64,000 nucleotides of DNA from contig JBALDB010000067.1 of assembly GCA_036918135.1 (NCBI GenBank), positions 1 through 64,000 of the forward strand, given 5' to 3'. Shown here in pieces: positions 42,210 to 51,252 of this stretch (its first letter is position 1; every line of letters begins with the position of its first letter). The notes under the pieces were generated by a model. It worked only from the letters and a program-made list of their open reading frames with translations, was not told the DNA's origin and made no database searches. A program made the position numbers and the translations under genes. The stretch comes from Nostoc sp. Lineage in GTDB: Bacteria > Cyanobacteriota > Cyanobacteriia > Cyanobacteriales > Nostocaceae.

Positions 42210-42686
42210 AAGTTAGTCCCTAGCGATTAATGCTGCTATGTACATATCGCCTGCATTCACTAAATTTATGCCATAAAATAAAGAATCATTTTTGAAAAAT
42301 ATAAAGTTGGGCATAGAGTATAGACCAAACAAAGAGTACTGTTAGCTTTCTTAGGGGCGTTTAGGACGTGCTAGGTCAAAAGTTAAGAGTTATGATTTTG
42401 TGAGTGTCCATCTACTCGCCACTTCTAACTTTCTACTCACTGTAAACTCACTATTTTTGAGTTGCAGCATCTTAACTGTAGAATTCATCGTAACAAGTCT
42501 CGGCGATCGCTGATACAGTAATTACAAATAATACGTCTTTATCAAATTTTCCCAAGTTGTGTTCGCCTTTTGCGCCGCATCTCGTTCGCCCACAGTTGTT
42601 TAATAGAGAACAGAAGCCATCGCTGGTTTGTAGCGCTGATGACTTCTGGTATTAATTTATGAAGATTATCTTTTTACTTTTTTAGA

Positions 42687-42795
42687 TATAGCCGTAGTCA
42701 CACCCTTTAGGACATAATGACAAGCGTCGATGTTAGGAACAGTAATAGTTTTACCTCCAGCAAGAACTGCCTTCTTCCTCCTGCCTCTAGCTATA
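42687..42795. repeat. Small dispersed element, copy 2 of 7215-7307
   Basis: Same tatagc...gctata ends and core. It carries an extra ccagcaagaactgcc segment also seen inverted near 45329-45343. Confidence 0.85.
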
Positions 42796-42804
42796 ATTTG
42801 AGAT

Positions 42805-43539
42805 TCAATACGGACTAGCCGTAGGGCGCACGATAATCTCATTCACATCCACATCGTCTGGTTGCTCGATGGAAAAGGCGATCGCTTTGGCAATGGCTTC
42901 GGCCGGAAGTGCAATCCTACGAAATTCCTCCATCCCTTTGGCGGCTTCGGCATCAGCGATCCTATCGGCGAGTTCGGACTCGGTTACACCCGGCGAGATT
43001 ACTGTCACGCGAATGTCAGTACTTTCCTGCCGCAGCCCCTCACTAATCGCTAGTACAGCAAACTTCGTGGCTGAGTAAACGGCGCAGGTTGGCCATACAG
43101 TGTGTCCACCAATGGAGGATAGATTGACGAACTGACCGATCCCCTGGCGTTTCATCAGTGGTAGTCCGGCAGCGATACCGTTAAGTACGCCACGAATGTT
43201 CACGTCGATGGTCAAGTCCCATTCATCCACCTTCAGCGCTTCTAGTTTTGAGAGCGGCATGACACCAGCATTGTTGACGATGACATCAACGCGCCCGAAT
43301 TTACTGACGGCAAATTCGACAAAGGCTTGGAAGTCAGCGCGACGCGTAACATCGAGAGTCTGGTATTCTGCTGAGCCTCCCTCAGAGCGGATTGCGGCTA
43401 CAAGGGTTTCTAGCCGCTCTGTGCGCCGTGCGCCCAGCACGACATGGATACCCTTGCGAGCAAGTAAACGTGCTGTTGCCTCACCAATGCCGCTGCTCGC
43501 GCCTGTAATCAGTACGACTTTCTGTTGGTTGGTAGTCAT
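42805..43539 (-). CDS. Short-chain dehydrogenase/reductase
   Basis: TGASSGIG, NNAG and YSATK motifs. Confidence 0.93.
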   Translation of the reverse strand: MTTNQQKVVLITGASSGIGEATARLLARKGIHVVLGARRTERLETLVAAIRSEGGSAEYQTLDVTRRADFQAFVEFAVSKFGRVDVIVNNAGVMPLSKLEALKVDEWDLTIDVNIRGVLNGIAAGLPLMKRQGIGQFVNLSSIGGHTVWPTCAVYSATKFAVLAISEGLRQESTDIRVTVISPGVTESELADRIADAEAAKGMEEFRRIALPAEAIAKAIAFSIEQPDDVDVNEIIVRPTASPY

Positions 43540-43808
43540 CAAAGAATATCTCCAAGTTGTTGTACGTTTATCAATCAGTCGAGGTATTTAATAGTTCGAT
43601 ATTGTGTGGAACCTTTGATTGATGAGATGTCTAGCACACTCTTAATTTAAAAGAGTCAAAGTCTGCTGCGATCGTCTGAACCTGCGAAATTCTTGCCTAA
43701 TCCTGCATTCTTTTTATTGCCTACGCTCAATAGATAGACTGAAAAAAGTGGCTGAATATATTGCGACTGCTGTAAGTGTTAGTCTCAGAAAAGATTTGAA
43801 AGGAGATT

Positions 43809-44714
43809 ATGGAACAAACAGTTACAAAGCAGCACTATGAGCTTGCCGCTTTGATTGCACAGAACAGTGGCACAGATGGCGTCCATGCAACGGCGATCGA
43901 GCGATTGTTCCTAATTTGCTCCTCACAACCAACCGCGCCTCTCCATGCCCTGCATCAGCCTGCTCTGTGCATCGTCGCTCAGGGCAAGAAGCAGGTAATG
44001 TTGGCGGACTATGTGTATGTTTATGGTCAAGATCAATGTTTAGTGGTGTCCATCGATCTACCTTTGGTTGGTCAAGTGATTGAAGCGACGCCAACCGTAC
44101 CGTATCTATGCCTGCGGCTAGATTTAGATCCGGGAGAACTCAGTACACTAATAATGGAAGCAAAATTAGACGCTCCTGCTAACCAACGACCAGAACCGGG
44201 CTTGTTTTTAAGTTCTGTTAGCCCCCAACTGCTGGATGCAGCGATCCGACTTCTACGGTTGTTGGAAACCCCCCAAGATATTGCTATCCTCGCGCCTTTG
44301 ATTGTACGAGAAATTCTCTACCGTTTGTTATCAGGCAAACAAAGTGCGCGATTGCGAGAGATTGCCCTAGTTGATAAGCGTCTCCAGGGGATCGCTAAGG
44401 CGATCGACTGGCTCAAATGGAACTACGAAAAGCCATTTCGGATCGATGCGATCGCTCGTGAAGCCTGCATGAGTCCGTCGTCTTTTCATCATCACTTTAA
44501 ATCTGTCACTGCTATGAGTCCTTTACAATATCAAAAGCAACTTAGGCTTCAACAAGCCCGTCGCTTGATGCTAGGACAGGGTATGGATGCCGCAACAGCT
44601 AGTCATTATGTGGGTTATGAAAGCCCCTCACAGTTCAGCCGTGAATACAGCCGCTTGTTCGGCGCACCACCGTTGCGTGATATAGCTCGGCTAAAAAGTG
44701 GTCAACAAACATAA
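43809..44714 (+). CDS. AraC family transcriptional regulator (AraC_N + HTH), divergent from the SDR gene
   Basis: P.LCIVAQG.K, MSPSSFHHHFK.VTAMSPLQYQKQLRL and VGYESPSQFSREYSRLFG motifs. Confidence 0.93.
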   Translation: MEQTVTKQHYELAALIAQNSGTDGVHATAIERLFLICSSQPTAPLHALHQPALCIVAQGKKQVMLADYVYVYGQDQCLVVSIDLPLVGQVIEATPTVPYLCLRLDLDPGELSTLIMEAKLDAPANQRPEPGLFLSSVSPQLLDAAIRLLRLLETPQDIAILAPLIVREILYRLLSGKQSARLREIALVDKRLQGIAKAIDWLKWNYEKPFRIDAIAREACMSPSSFHHHFKSVTAMSPLQYQKQLRLQQARRLMLGQGMDAATASHYVGYESPSQFSREYSRLFGAPPLRDIARLKSGQQT

Positions 44715-44843
44715 AAGCGAGTGGGGAGTAGGGAAAACAAATTGATAAATAGAAAATAAATCAAAAATTATCCCCTATCATCTCTCGACTTTCTGAAATA
44801 AACATTGTACAAAAAAAATTAAACAGTACAGGATGTAAGTTAC

Positions 44844-45281
44844 ATGGGTCGAAAAATTAGCAAAGTTTTTAAACAGTCTGGAGTTATTCCTTATAGAGTT
44901 AACAATGGTAAAGTCGAAATCTTGTTGATTACAACTCGTAACCGTCAGCACTGGGTAATTCCCAAAGGAGATATTCCCTCAGGAATGAGTCCGCCCGATT
45001 CAGCAGCCAAAGAAGCTTGGGAAGAAGCAGGGGTGATTGGGCAAGTGGACGCGAATCAACTGGGCACTTATAAGTACCGCAAACAAGGCAAAGCTTACCG
45101 GGTCAAGATGTATTTATTACCAGTTGATATCCTGAGTGAAGATTATCCAGAAGCAACAAAAAGAAAACGTCAGTGGGTAGAAGTGAATCAAGCTATCAGG
45201 CGGGTTAAGTTTAGTTCACTCAGACGAGTCATGAAAGGTTTTTTTCAGGTCAAATCTTCCTCTTCTATATTTCGATGTTAG
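44844..45281 (+). CDS. NUDIX hydrolase
   Basis: WVIPKG...SAAKEAWEEAGV Nudix box. Confidence 0.9.
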   Translation: MGRKISKVFKQSGVIPYRVNNGKVEILLITTRNRQHWVIPKGDIPSGMSPPDSAAKEAWEEAGVIGQVDANQLGTYKYRKQGKAYRVKMYLLPVDILSEDYPEATKRKRQWVEVNQAIRRVKFSSLRRVMKGFFQVKSSSSIFRC

Positions 45282-45286
45282 CCAGA

Positions 45287-45414
45287 TAAGTAGGTGGGTA
45301 GGAAAATTTATCGTTGAGATAAGGCAGGAGGCAGTTCTTGCTGGAGGCAGGAGGAAGGAGAATTTTAGTCTAGTTAATCTTTCTTCACATAGTTTGGTTT
45401 TATTATGCCGACTT
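45287..45414. repeat. Degenerate small element containing GGCAGGA STRRs
   Basis: taagtaggtggg ... gccgactt ends with aggcagga repeats; shares gcagttcttgctgg with the 42687 element (inverted). Confidence 0.5.
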
Positions 45415-45578
45415 CTTTATAGAAATACAGATTATTAAAAAGCCCTCCGAGCAATACAGGGGCTTTTATAGAAGCGGCTATTCTTAAAATCCAAGTTCGT
45501 ACCAAAAAAAGCTAGGTTTTATTTAGAGAGACTATGAAAATTTTGGGAATCGCTCTTACTGAGTAGAATTATCATAGT

Positions 45579-46370
45579 CTAAATCCAGAGTAAAGTTACC
45601 CAAGTTTTTATACCGACAATTCCATCAGCTTGTAATCCTTTAGATTTTTGAAAACTAACAATTGCATCCTTAACTAAATCAGTGAAATGCCCATCAATGG
45701 CATCAGTATATAAGCCAATATCTTTTAACTGCTGTTGTAATTGTTTTACTCTTAGTCCAGAATCTCCTAGCTGCAAATCATTAAATCTATTCAAATCGGC
45801 TCGACCACTAACACCAGCTACACCAGATACATCACCTTCAAATTGATGGATTAGATATTGCCCCTGCCAAGCACTAGGAATACTTGGGTTCTGAGTTCCG
45901 TAGTGGGCAATCCATAACGGATAATTAGCAAAATCAGATGGATTGCCAAGTTGTTGCCAGAAACTGGGGAAGGTATAAATAATCGGTTTAATTGGTTTTT
46001 GTGTTTGTTGTAAAAGGGTTTTTTCCACTTCTGCTAACCACTGCTTCGCTGCATTAATTACAGCTTGGCTACTTACTTTGTCTGTGACCTCTACATCTAG
46101 AACAGGTGGCAGGTCTCCTGGTTCTAATTTGCCCACAGTTTTTAAGAATTCCTTGGCTTGGTCAACCGGATTAGATGTATGTGGGTGAAAGAAATGATAA
46201 GCACCCCGAATAATACCAACAGCTTTCATGGTCTGCCAGTGATGAGCAAAAGCGGAATCTTTAATACTAGCTCCCTCTGTAGCTTTGACAAAGGCAAAGG
46301 TTTTACCAGAGTTTTTGACTGCTGTCCAATCTACTCTGCCGTCTTGATCGAAAACATCAATTCCTTGCAT
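45579..46370 (-). CDS. GH25 lysozyme/muramidase with C-terminal peptidoglycan-binding domain
   Basis: GIDV, FVKATEG, GAYHF, LPPVLDVE and LWIAHY motifs; C-terminal V..LQ..L...G...IDG.F...FQ...GL.ADGIVG..TW. Confidence 0.92.
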   Translation of the reverse strand: MQGIDVFDQDGRVDWTAVKNSGKTFAFVKATEGASIKDSAFAHHWQTMKAVGIIRGAYHFFHPHTSNPVDQAKEFLKTVGKLEPGDLPPVLDVEVTDKVSSQAVINAAKQWLAEVEKTLLQQTQKPIKPIIYTFPSFWQQLGNPSDFANYPLWIAHYGTQNPSIPSAWQGQYLIHQFEGDVSGVAGVSGRADLNRFNDLQLGDSGLRVKQLQQQLKDIGLYTDAIDGHFTDLVKDAIVSFQKSKGLQADGIVGIKTWVTLLWI

Positions 46371-46470
46371 AAAATTTTTCACCTTTTACAACACTACAAT
46401 ACTGAACTTATCAGAAGTTCTAATCAAATTTATGCGATTTCCGAATATTTAAGTTAAGTACAGAAGTTTA

Positions 46471-47112
46471 CTAGGGTTGAGTACCAACAACTCGTACTGG
46501 AGTCACTCTGACTTTACCTGTACAAGGCATGATTTCTTCTGTCAGGGTAAAGTGCTGGTAAGCATTAGGAGGCGTGATTTGAATTTTAGTAGATGTTGGG
46601 CAGCGTTCCTCTGAGGAGCTAACGTGGTTGTATGCTATCTGAAATGAGGCTTGTGCCCCAGGAGCTAGAGTTACTTGTTGTCGAGGTTGTTTACTCGAAA
46701 AGTAAGTGTCCTGGGAGCGGAGAACTTTAACCCCCTCCAAAGGCCGATCTTTGGCATCCAATAATGCTAATCCCGGATAACCTTTTAGGCTGCAAGGGGA
46801 TGAGGCGTTATTAGTAAAGGCGTAGGTGAGTCCAACGTTGCCAACACCAGCATCTTCGGAGACTCGGCGGACTGATAATTGGCTAGTTTCACAGCGCGTC
46901 GGATTTGTGGCAATAGTGGCTTGAGGGGTAGAAAGCTCTGTAGTTTTTCCAGTCGCTGTAGGTGTTGAGGTCAATATAGTTTGCTTCGTTACCTGCTGGG
47001 TGCTTGCTGGCAAGGCTTGCGACTGTTTTGTAACAGAGGAAGAACCGACACAACCAGTAGTCATAGCAGTTAAAAGCAACAACATACTGCCTTCCAAAAT
47101 TAGAATTCGCAT
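46471..47112 (-). CDS. DUF4232 domain lipoprotein
   Basis: Lipobox-like TTGC, a Thr-rich linker, and C....L....DAGVG...FTN....C.L.GYPG...LD...VTLAPG..A.F motifs. Confidence 0.8.
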   Translation of the reverse strand: MRILILEGSMLLLLTAMTTGCVGSSSVTKQSQALPASTQQVTKQTILTSTPTATGKTTELSTPQATIATNPTRCETSQLSVRRVSEDAGVGNVGLTYAFTNNASSPCSLKGYPGLALLDAKDRPLEGVKVLRSQDTYFSSKQPRQQVTLAPGAQASFQIAYNHVSSSEERCPTSTKIQITPPNAYQHFTLTEEIMPCTGKVRVTPVRVVGTQP

Positions 47113-47176
47113 ATCTTCTTTTTTTTGTAGTGAACTACTTACAATGATGCTTAATATACGGTGTAAGTTTCCAAAT

Positions 47177-47287
47177 TCAACCTAATTCAAAATTATCTGT
47201 TGCTTTAATCAAAGCACTAATAATTCCTGGTTCACTCATTGAATACCCTGCATCATCAACCACAATAAAATAGGCTTCTGGAAAAGC
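47177..47287 (-). pseudogene. Orphan duplicate of the pip 3' end
   Basis: AFPEAYFIVVDDAGYSMSEPGIISALIKATDNFELG* matches the pip C-terminus at 26 of 33 positions. No start codon is present and an in-frame stop lies just upstream. Confidence 0.85.
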
Positions 47288-47935
47288 AAAAGTAGAAATT
47301 AAAATCTACTCAATAAGTTTCACTAATTCTTAATAAAACGCATCATTAAAAATCATTCTATTAGTTAATATTTTATATTTGCTCTATTCTGGGGTATTTG
47401 ATATAAAATAAATGCTTAAATAAACTCTGTTAAATACTTTTCATAGATTCTATTACTATAGACTTTCTCTGATGACGATAACTTTCCTTAACTTTAGCAG
47501 ATTTAGTTTCAAAAACCTCAGATATCAAGCTTAATTTCTTGAATGTTTCGACAACAGTATTGAATTCATCTCATTGAATCTTGCTTTCATGCCAAGTAGC
47601 TTCTGATAACGCTGTTTATGCTTATCTTGTTTAATTTGTCAAGTTAAAATTATCTTAAATTTAGATGATTATATTCTGGATTTAGCGATCGCTTATTTTC
47701 TATCCATCTGACAAAATCAGATTGCTCCAGCTAAACTTTACCTCTTGTCAAAATTATAATTTGTAATTACTCTAAGTATGCTGTACTCTAAATTGAGTGT
47801 GCTTTGGGCGTGATAGTTTCAAAATATCATACCCATTATCCCCGACCTACAGAATGTATGTGGTTTCAAGTGATTTCTTGCTCTTTTTTGTCTGAAATTT
47901 AATTTTCGTACACGTTTATTCAAGAAGCCTCATAT

Positions 47936-49960
47936 ATGTTTGAAACAAACTTTTCTGATTTTGATGATTCGGCTTTGTCTACTGGTTTTCCCTCAAGTCA
48001 GGGTCTAGGATCAAACTTCATTCCTCACTTCTTGTCAGCTCAGGCACAGTTAGTAAATCCTCAGTCAATTGCCTTCGTCGATTTAAATATTCCTGACGCA
48101 CAAAAAATTCTTCAAAATTTAACTGCTGACGTCATTATTCCGCTTTCGCCTGAGCAAGATAGTATTACACAAATCACTCAGACGCTCTCTGATTATGACA
48201 ATCTTTTAGGGGTTCATGTTATTTCCCACGGTAGCTCTGGGCAACTGAACCTTGGGGATTCTCTAGTCAATCTTCAGACACTCAACAGCCGAAGTCAAGA
48301 TTTACAAACCTGGGGAGATGCCTTGGCGCCTGATGCCGATATCTTGCTCTACGGTTGTGATGTTGCGGCAGATACAGTGGGGAGTACCTTTGTTTCCAAA
48401 TTGGGGCAATTAACTGGGGCTGATGTAGCTGCATCGACAGATCTAACTGGGAATGTATCTCAAGGTGGTAACTGGGTACTGGAGTACGCAACTGGTGCAA
48501 TTGAATCTCCTCTAGCCATTAAGCCTTCACTTTTAAATACCTATAATGGGCTATTAGCTAGCTTTGATTACACGAATTTTGCCAGCACGAGTGGACTTAA
48601 ACTTAACGGTAGTTCAGCCCAGTTTGGTACTGCACTGCGTTTGACTCCAGCCTCTGCATCTCAGGCGGGTAGCGTTTTCTACACCACTCCGATTGCCTTG
48701 AATGCTAACACCTCCTTTCAAACCCAGTTCCAATTTCAATTGAGAGGTGGAACTCAAGGGTCGGATGGATTTACCTTTGTGCTGCAAAACAGTGCAGCAA
48801 AGGCCAATGCTAAGGGTAGTAGGGGTGGCAATTTAGGCTATGGCGGGACTTTCAGCCCTATTACTGAAAGTTTGGCGATTAAGTTTGACACTTATAAGAA
48901 TGGAACAGATCCTAACAACAACAACATTGCCGTGCTGCGAGATGGTAATGTGGATGCTGCGCTTGCAACCACTAGTACTGTTACTGATTCAAACTCAGGT
49001 ACACCAATCGATCTAAACTCCGGTGAGCCAATCAATGCTTGGATTGAATACAATGGCAAGACCGACAAACTGGATGTTTTCCTTTCCGAAAGTTCGACTA
49101 AACTTGCAACCGCCGAAGCAGCACTTTCCTACAAGATTGATTTAACTTCTGTTCTCGGTTCCCAAGCCTTTGTTGGCTTTACTGCTGGGACAGGATCTCG
49201 ATTTAATGCTCAAGATATTAACAGTTGGAAATTTACATCCAATAATGGTGGCTCAACTGATGGTGGCTCAACTGATGGTGGCTCAACTGATGGTGGCTCA
49301 ACTGATGGTGGCTCAAGTGGATTAATAGGCTATTGGAAATTTGAAGAAGCAGCAGGTAATACTGTTTTAGACAGTTCTGGCAAAAATAATAACGGATCGT
49401 TGATTAATTCTAGTAGAACGGCTGGGTTATACGGCCAAGCTCTTCAAGTGGCTGGAAAGAATAGCTCCCATGCCAGTATACCTGCTTCAGCTAGTCTTAA
49501 CTCTATGACTAATCAACTGACTGTCTCAGCTTGGGTACGTCCAAATGGTAAACCAGTGGGTTTTCATGCTGTTGTAAATAGACAGATTGGCACCCTTATT
49601 CATCCCGATCAATTCTTTTTAGGGTTTGGTTCGCGGAATAATGTAACTACCTATAAATGGGAGATGGGTACCACTGATGGTGAAGGTGATGTTTACAAAG
49701 GTACACCAGTTAGCGATCGCTGGGTACATATGGTAGGGACATACGATGGCAGTATGCTCCATCTATATGTTGACGGTGTTGAAATTGGTAGTAGCCCGCT
49801 TACTGGCAACATATTAGTAGATAACAATCCAGTAACTATTGGTGCAGCGGAAAACTATGCTGATGGGGCACCATTGGGCGATCGTTTCAATGGATTAATT
49901 GATGAAGTCCGCATCTATAATCGTGCTTTGAGTGCAACTGAAGTTAAGAACTTACCGTGA
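47936..49960 (+). CDS. DUF4347 + legume (L-type) lectin + LamG-like jellyroll protein
   Basis: HVISHGSSG and LLYGCDVA...LTGADVAASTDLTG (DUF4347); LRLT, DGFTFV and FVGFTAGTG (lectin); GYWKFEE and G.IDEVRIYNRALS (LamG). Confidence 0.88.
   Translation: MFETNFSDFDDSALSTGFPSSQGLGSNFIPHFLSAQAQLVNPQSIAFVDLNIPDAQKILQNLTADVIIPLSPEQDSITQITQTLSDYDNLLGVHVISHGSSGQLNLGDSLVNLQTLNSRSQDLQTWGDALAPDADILLYGCDVAADTVGSTFVSKLGQLTGADVAASTDLTGNVSQGGNWVLEYATGAIESPLAIKPSLLNTYNGLLASFDYTNFASTSGLKLNGSSAQFGTALRLTPASASQAGSVFYTTPIALNANTSFQTQFQFQLRGGTQGSDGFTFVLQNSAAKANAKGSRGGNLGYGGTFSPITESLAIKFDTYKNGTDPNNNNIAVLRDGNVDAALATTSTVTDSNSGTPIDLNSGEPINAWIEYNGKTDKLDVFLSESSTKLATAEAALSYKIDLTSVLGSQAFVGFTAGTGSRFNAQDINSWKFTSNNGGSTDGGSTDGGSTDGGSTDGGSSGLIGYWKFEEAAGNTVLDSSGKNNNGSLINSSRTAGLYGQALQVAGKNSSHASIPASASLNSMTNQLTVSAWVRPNGKPVGFHAVVNRQIGTLIHPDQFFLGFGSRNNVTTYKWEMGTTDGEGDVYKGTPVSDRWVHMVGTYDGSMLHLYVDGVEIGSSPLTGNILVDNNPVTIGAAENYADGAPLGDRFNGLIDEVRIYNRALSATEVKNLP
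49246..49316 (+). repeat. Perfect 15-bp coding tandem repeat (GGSTD)n
   Basis: tggtggctcaactga x4 plus an 11-nt partial copy. Confidence 0.95.
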
Positions 49961-50127
49961 AATAGTTTACTAATCAAAGAAAACTAAGGTGTGGGGAAGT
50001 TTAGTTAGGGGATAATATTCCCTAACTAAAAATCTACTGATGGCATTGATAAGAGGTTAAAGTAATTAGATTGTTATGACGATTATTACAGCCTAATACA
50101 AGAGAAAAATAACCACTAAAATCTATA

Positions 50128-51081
50128 TCAGCTAATTAAGTTGGCAAACTTATCTGTTGCTTCAATTAAGGCACTGCAAATTCCTGGTTCGCTCATTGAA
50201 TGTCCGGCATCAGGAACCACAATAAATTCGGCTTCGGGCCAAGCGCGATGTAATTCCCAAGCTGATATCATTGGGCAGACTACATCGTAACGTCCCTGAA
50301 CGATTACAGCCGGGATATGGCGGATGCAGTCAATATTTAAAAGTAATTGTTCTTCGGTTTCCAAAAATCCTTTATTCGTAAAGTAATGGCATTCAATCCG
50401 AGCAAAAGCTGAGGCAAATTCATTTTCACCAAACTTTTGCATCAGTTCTGAATCAAAAAAAAGTCTACTTGTACTAGCTTCCCAAATTGACCAAGCACGA
50501 GCTGCTGTCAGTTGAGTATCTAAATTTGGACTGGTCAAGCGTTTATAATATGCTGCAATCAGATCCTCACGCTCATCTATAGGAATTGGTTTTAAATATT
50601 CTTCCCAAGCATCAGGGAAAATATAGCTAGTGCCTTCTTGGTAGAACCAGCGCAACTCTTTTTGTCTGAGCATGAAGATACCACGAAGAATTAATCCCGT
50701 GCATCGAGAGGGATGGGTTTGACTGTAGGCTAATGATAAAGTGCTACCCCAACTACCACCAAAAACTGTCCATTTTTCTATACCTAAATGTTGGCGCAGT
50801 TTTTCGATATCGCTGACTAAATCCCAAGTAGTGTTTTCTCGTAATTCAGCATGGGGTTTACTTTGACCGCAACCGCGTTGGTCAAACATCACCAGCCGCC
50901 ATTTTTCTGGATGGAAATATTGGCGATAAAAAGGTGGACATCCACCACCAGGGCCTCCATGTAGCAAAACGATGGGTTTACCTTCGGGGTTACCTGATTC
51001 TTGAAAATAGATGGTGTGCAGGTCAGAAACCTGCAAATTTCCTTCTCGGTAAGGCTCGATCGCTGGATAAAGTTCTCGCAT
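50128..51081 (-). CDS. pip: Proline iminopeptidase
   Basis: HGGPGG, DQRGCG.S, GGSWGS, GRYD and AGHS motifs. Start at MRELYP (51081) preferred. Confidence 0.95.
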   Translation of the reverse strand: MRELYPAIEPYREGNLQVSDLHTIYFQESGNPEGKPIVLLHGGPGGGCPPFYRQYFHPEKWRLVMFDQRGCGQSKPHAELRENTTWDLVSDIEKLRQHLGIEKWTVFGGSWGSTLSLAYSQTHPSRCTGLILRGIFMLRQKELRWFYQEGTSYIFPDAWEEYLKPIPIDEREDLIAAYYKRLTSPNLDTQLTAARAWSIWEASTSRLFFDSELMQKFGENEFASAFARIECHYFTNKGFLETEEQLLLNIDCIRHIPAVIVQGRYDVVCPMISAWELHRAWPEAEFIVVPDAGHSMSEPGICSALIEATDKFANLIS

Positions 51082-51252
51082 TGTTGATTGTTGACTGTTG
51101 ACAGCCTGGATGTAAGATTTCACTTTCTCATTTAGGACTGCTATCTGGCGATCGCTTGGATCTGAGAAACAATTTCAGTAATTTGTGTCAGTACGCTTGA
51201 ATATTATTTATATAAAAGCTACCGTAGTCTTCCTGTCAAGGAATTTTAATAA

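Noticed and set aside
45579..46370. Prophage endolysin
   Set aside because: No holin, structural or integrase genes nearby; GH25-PG-binding proteins also occur as host enzymes.
47430..47640. Possible decayed minus-strand gene fragment (…DEFNTVVETFKKLSLISEVFETK…)
   Set aside because: Protein-like but interrupted and not assignable without a database search.
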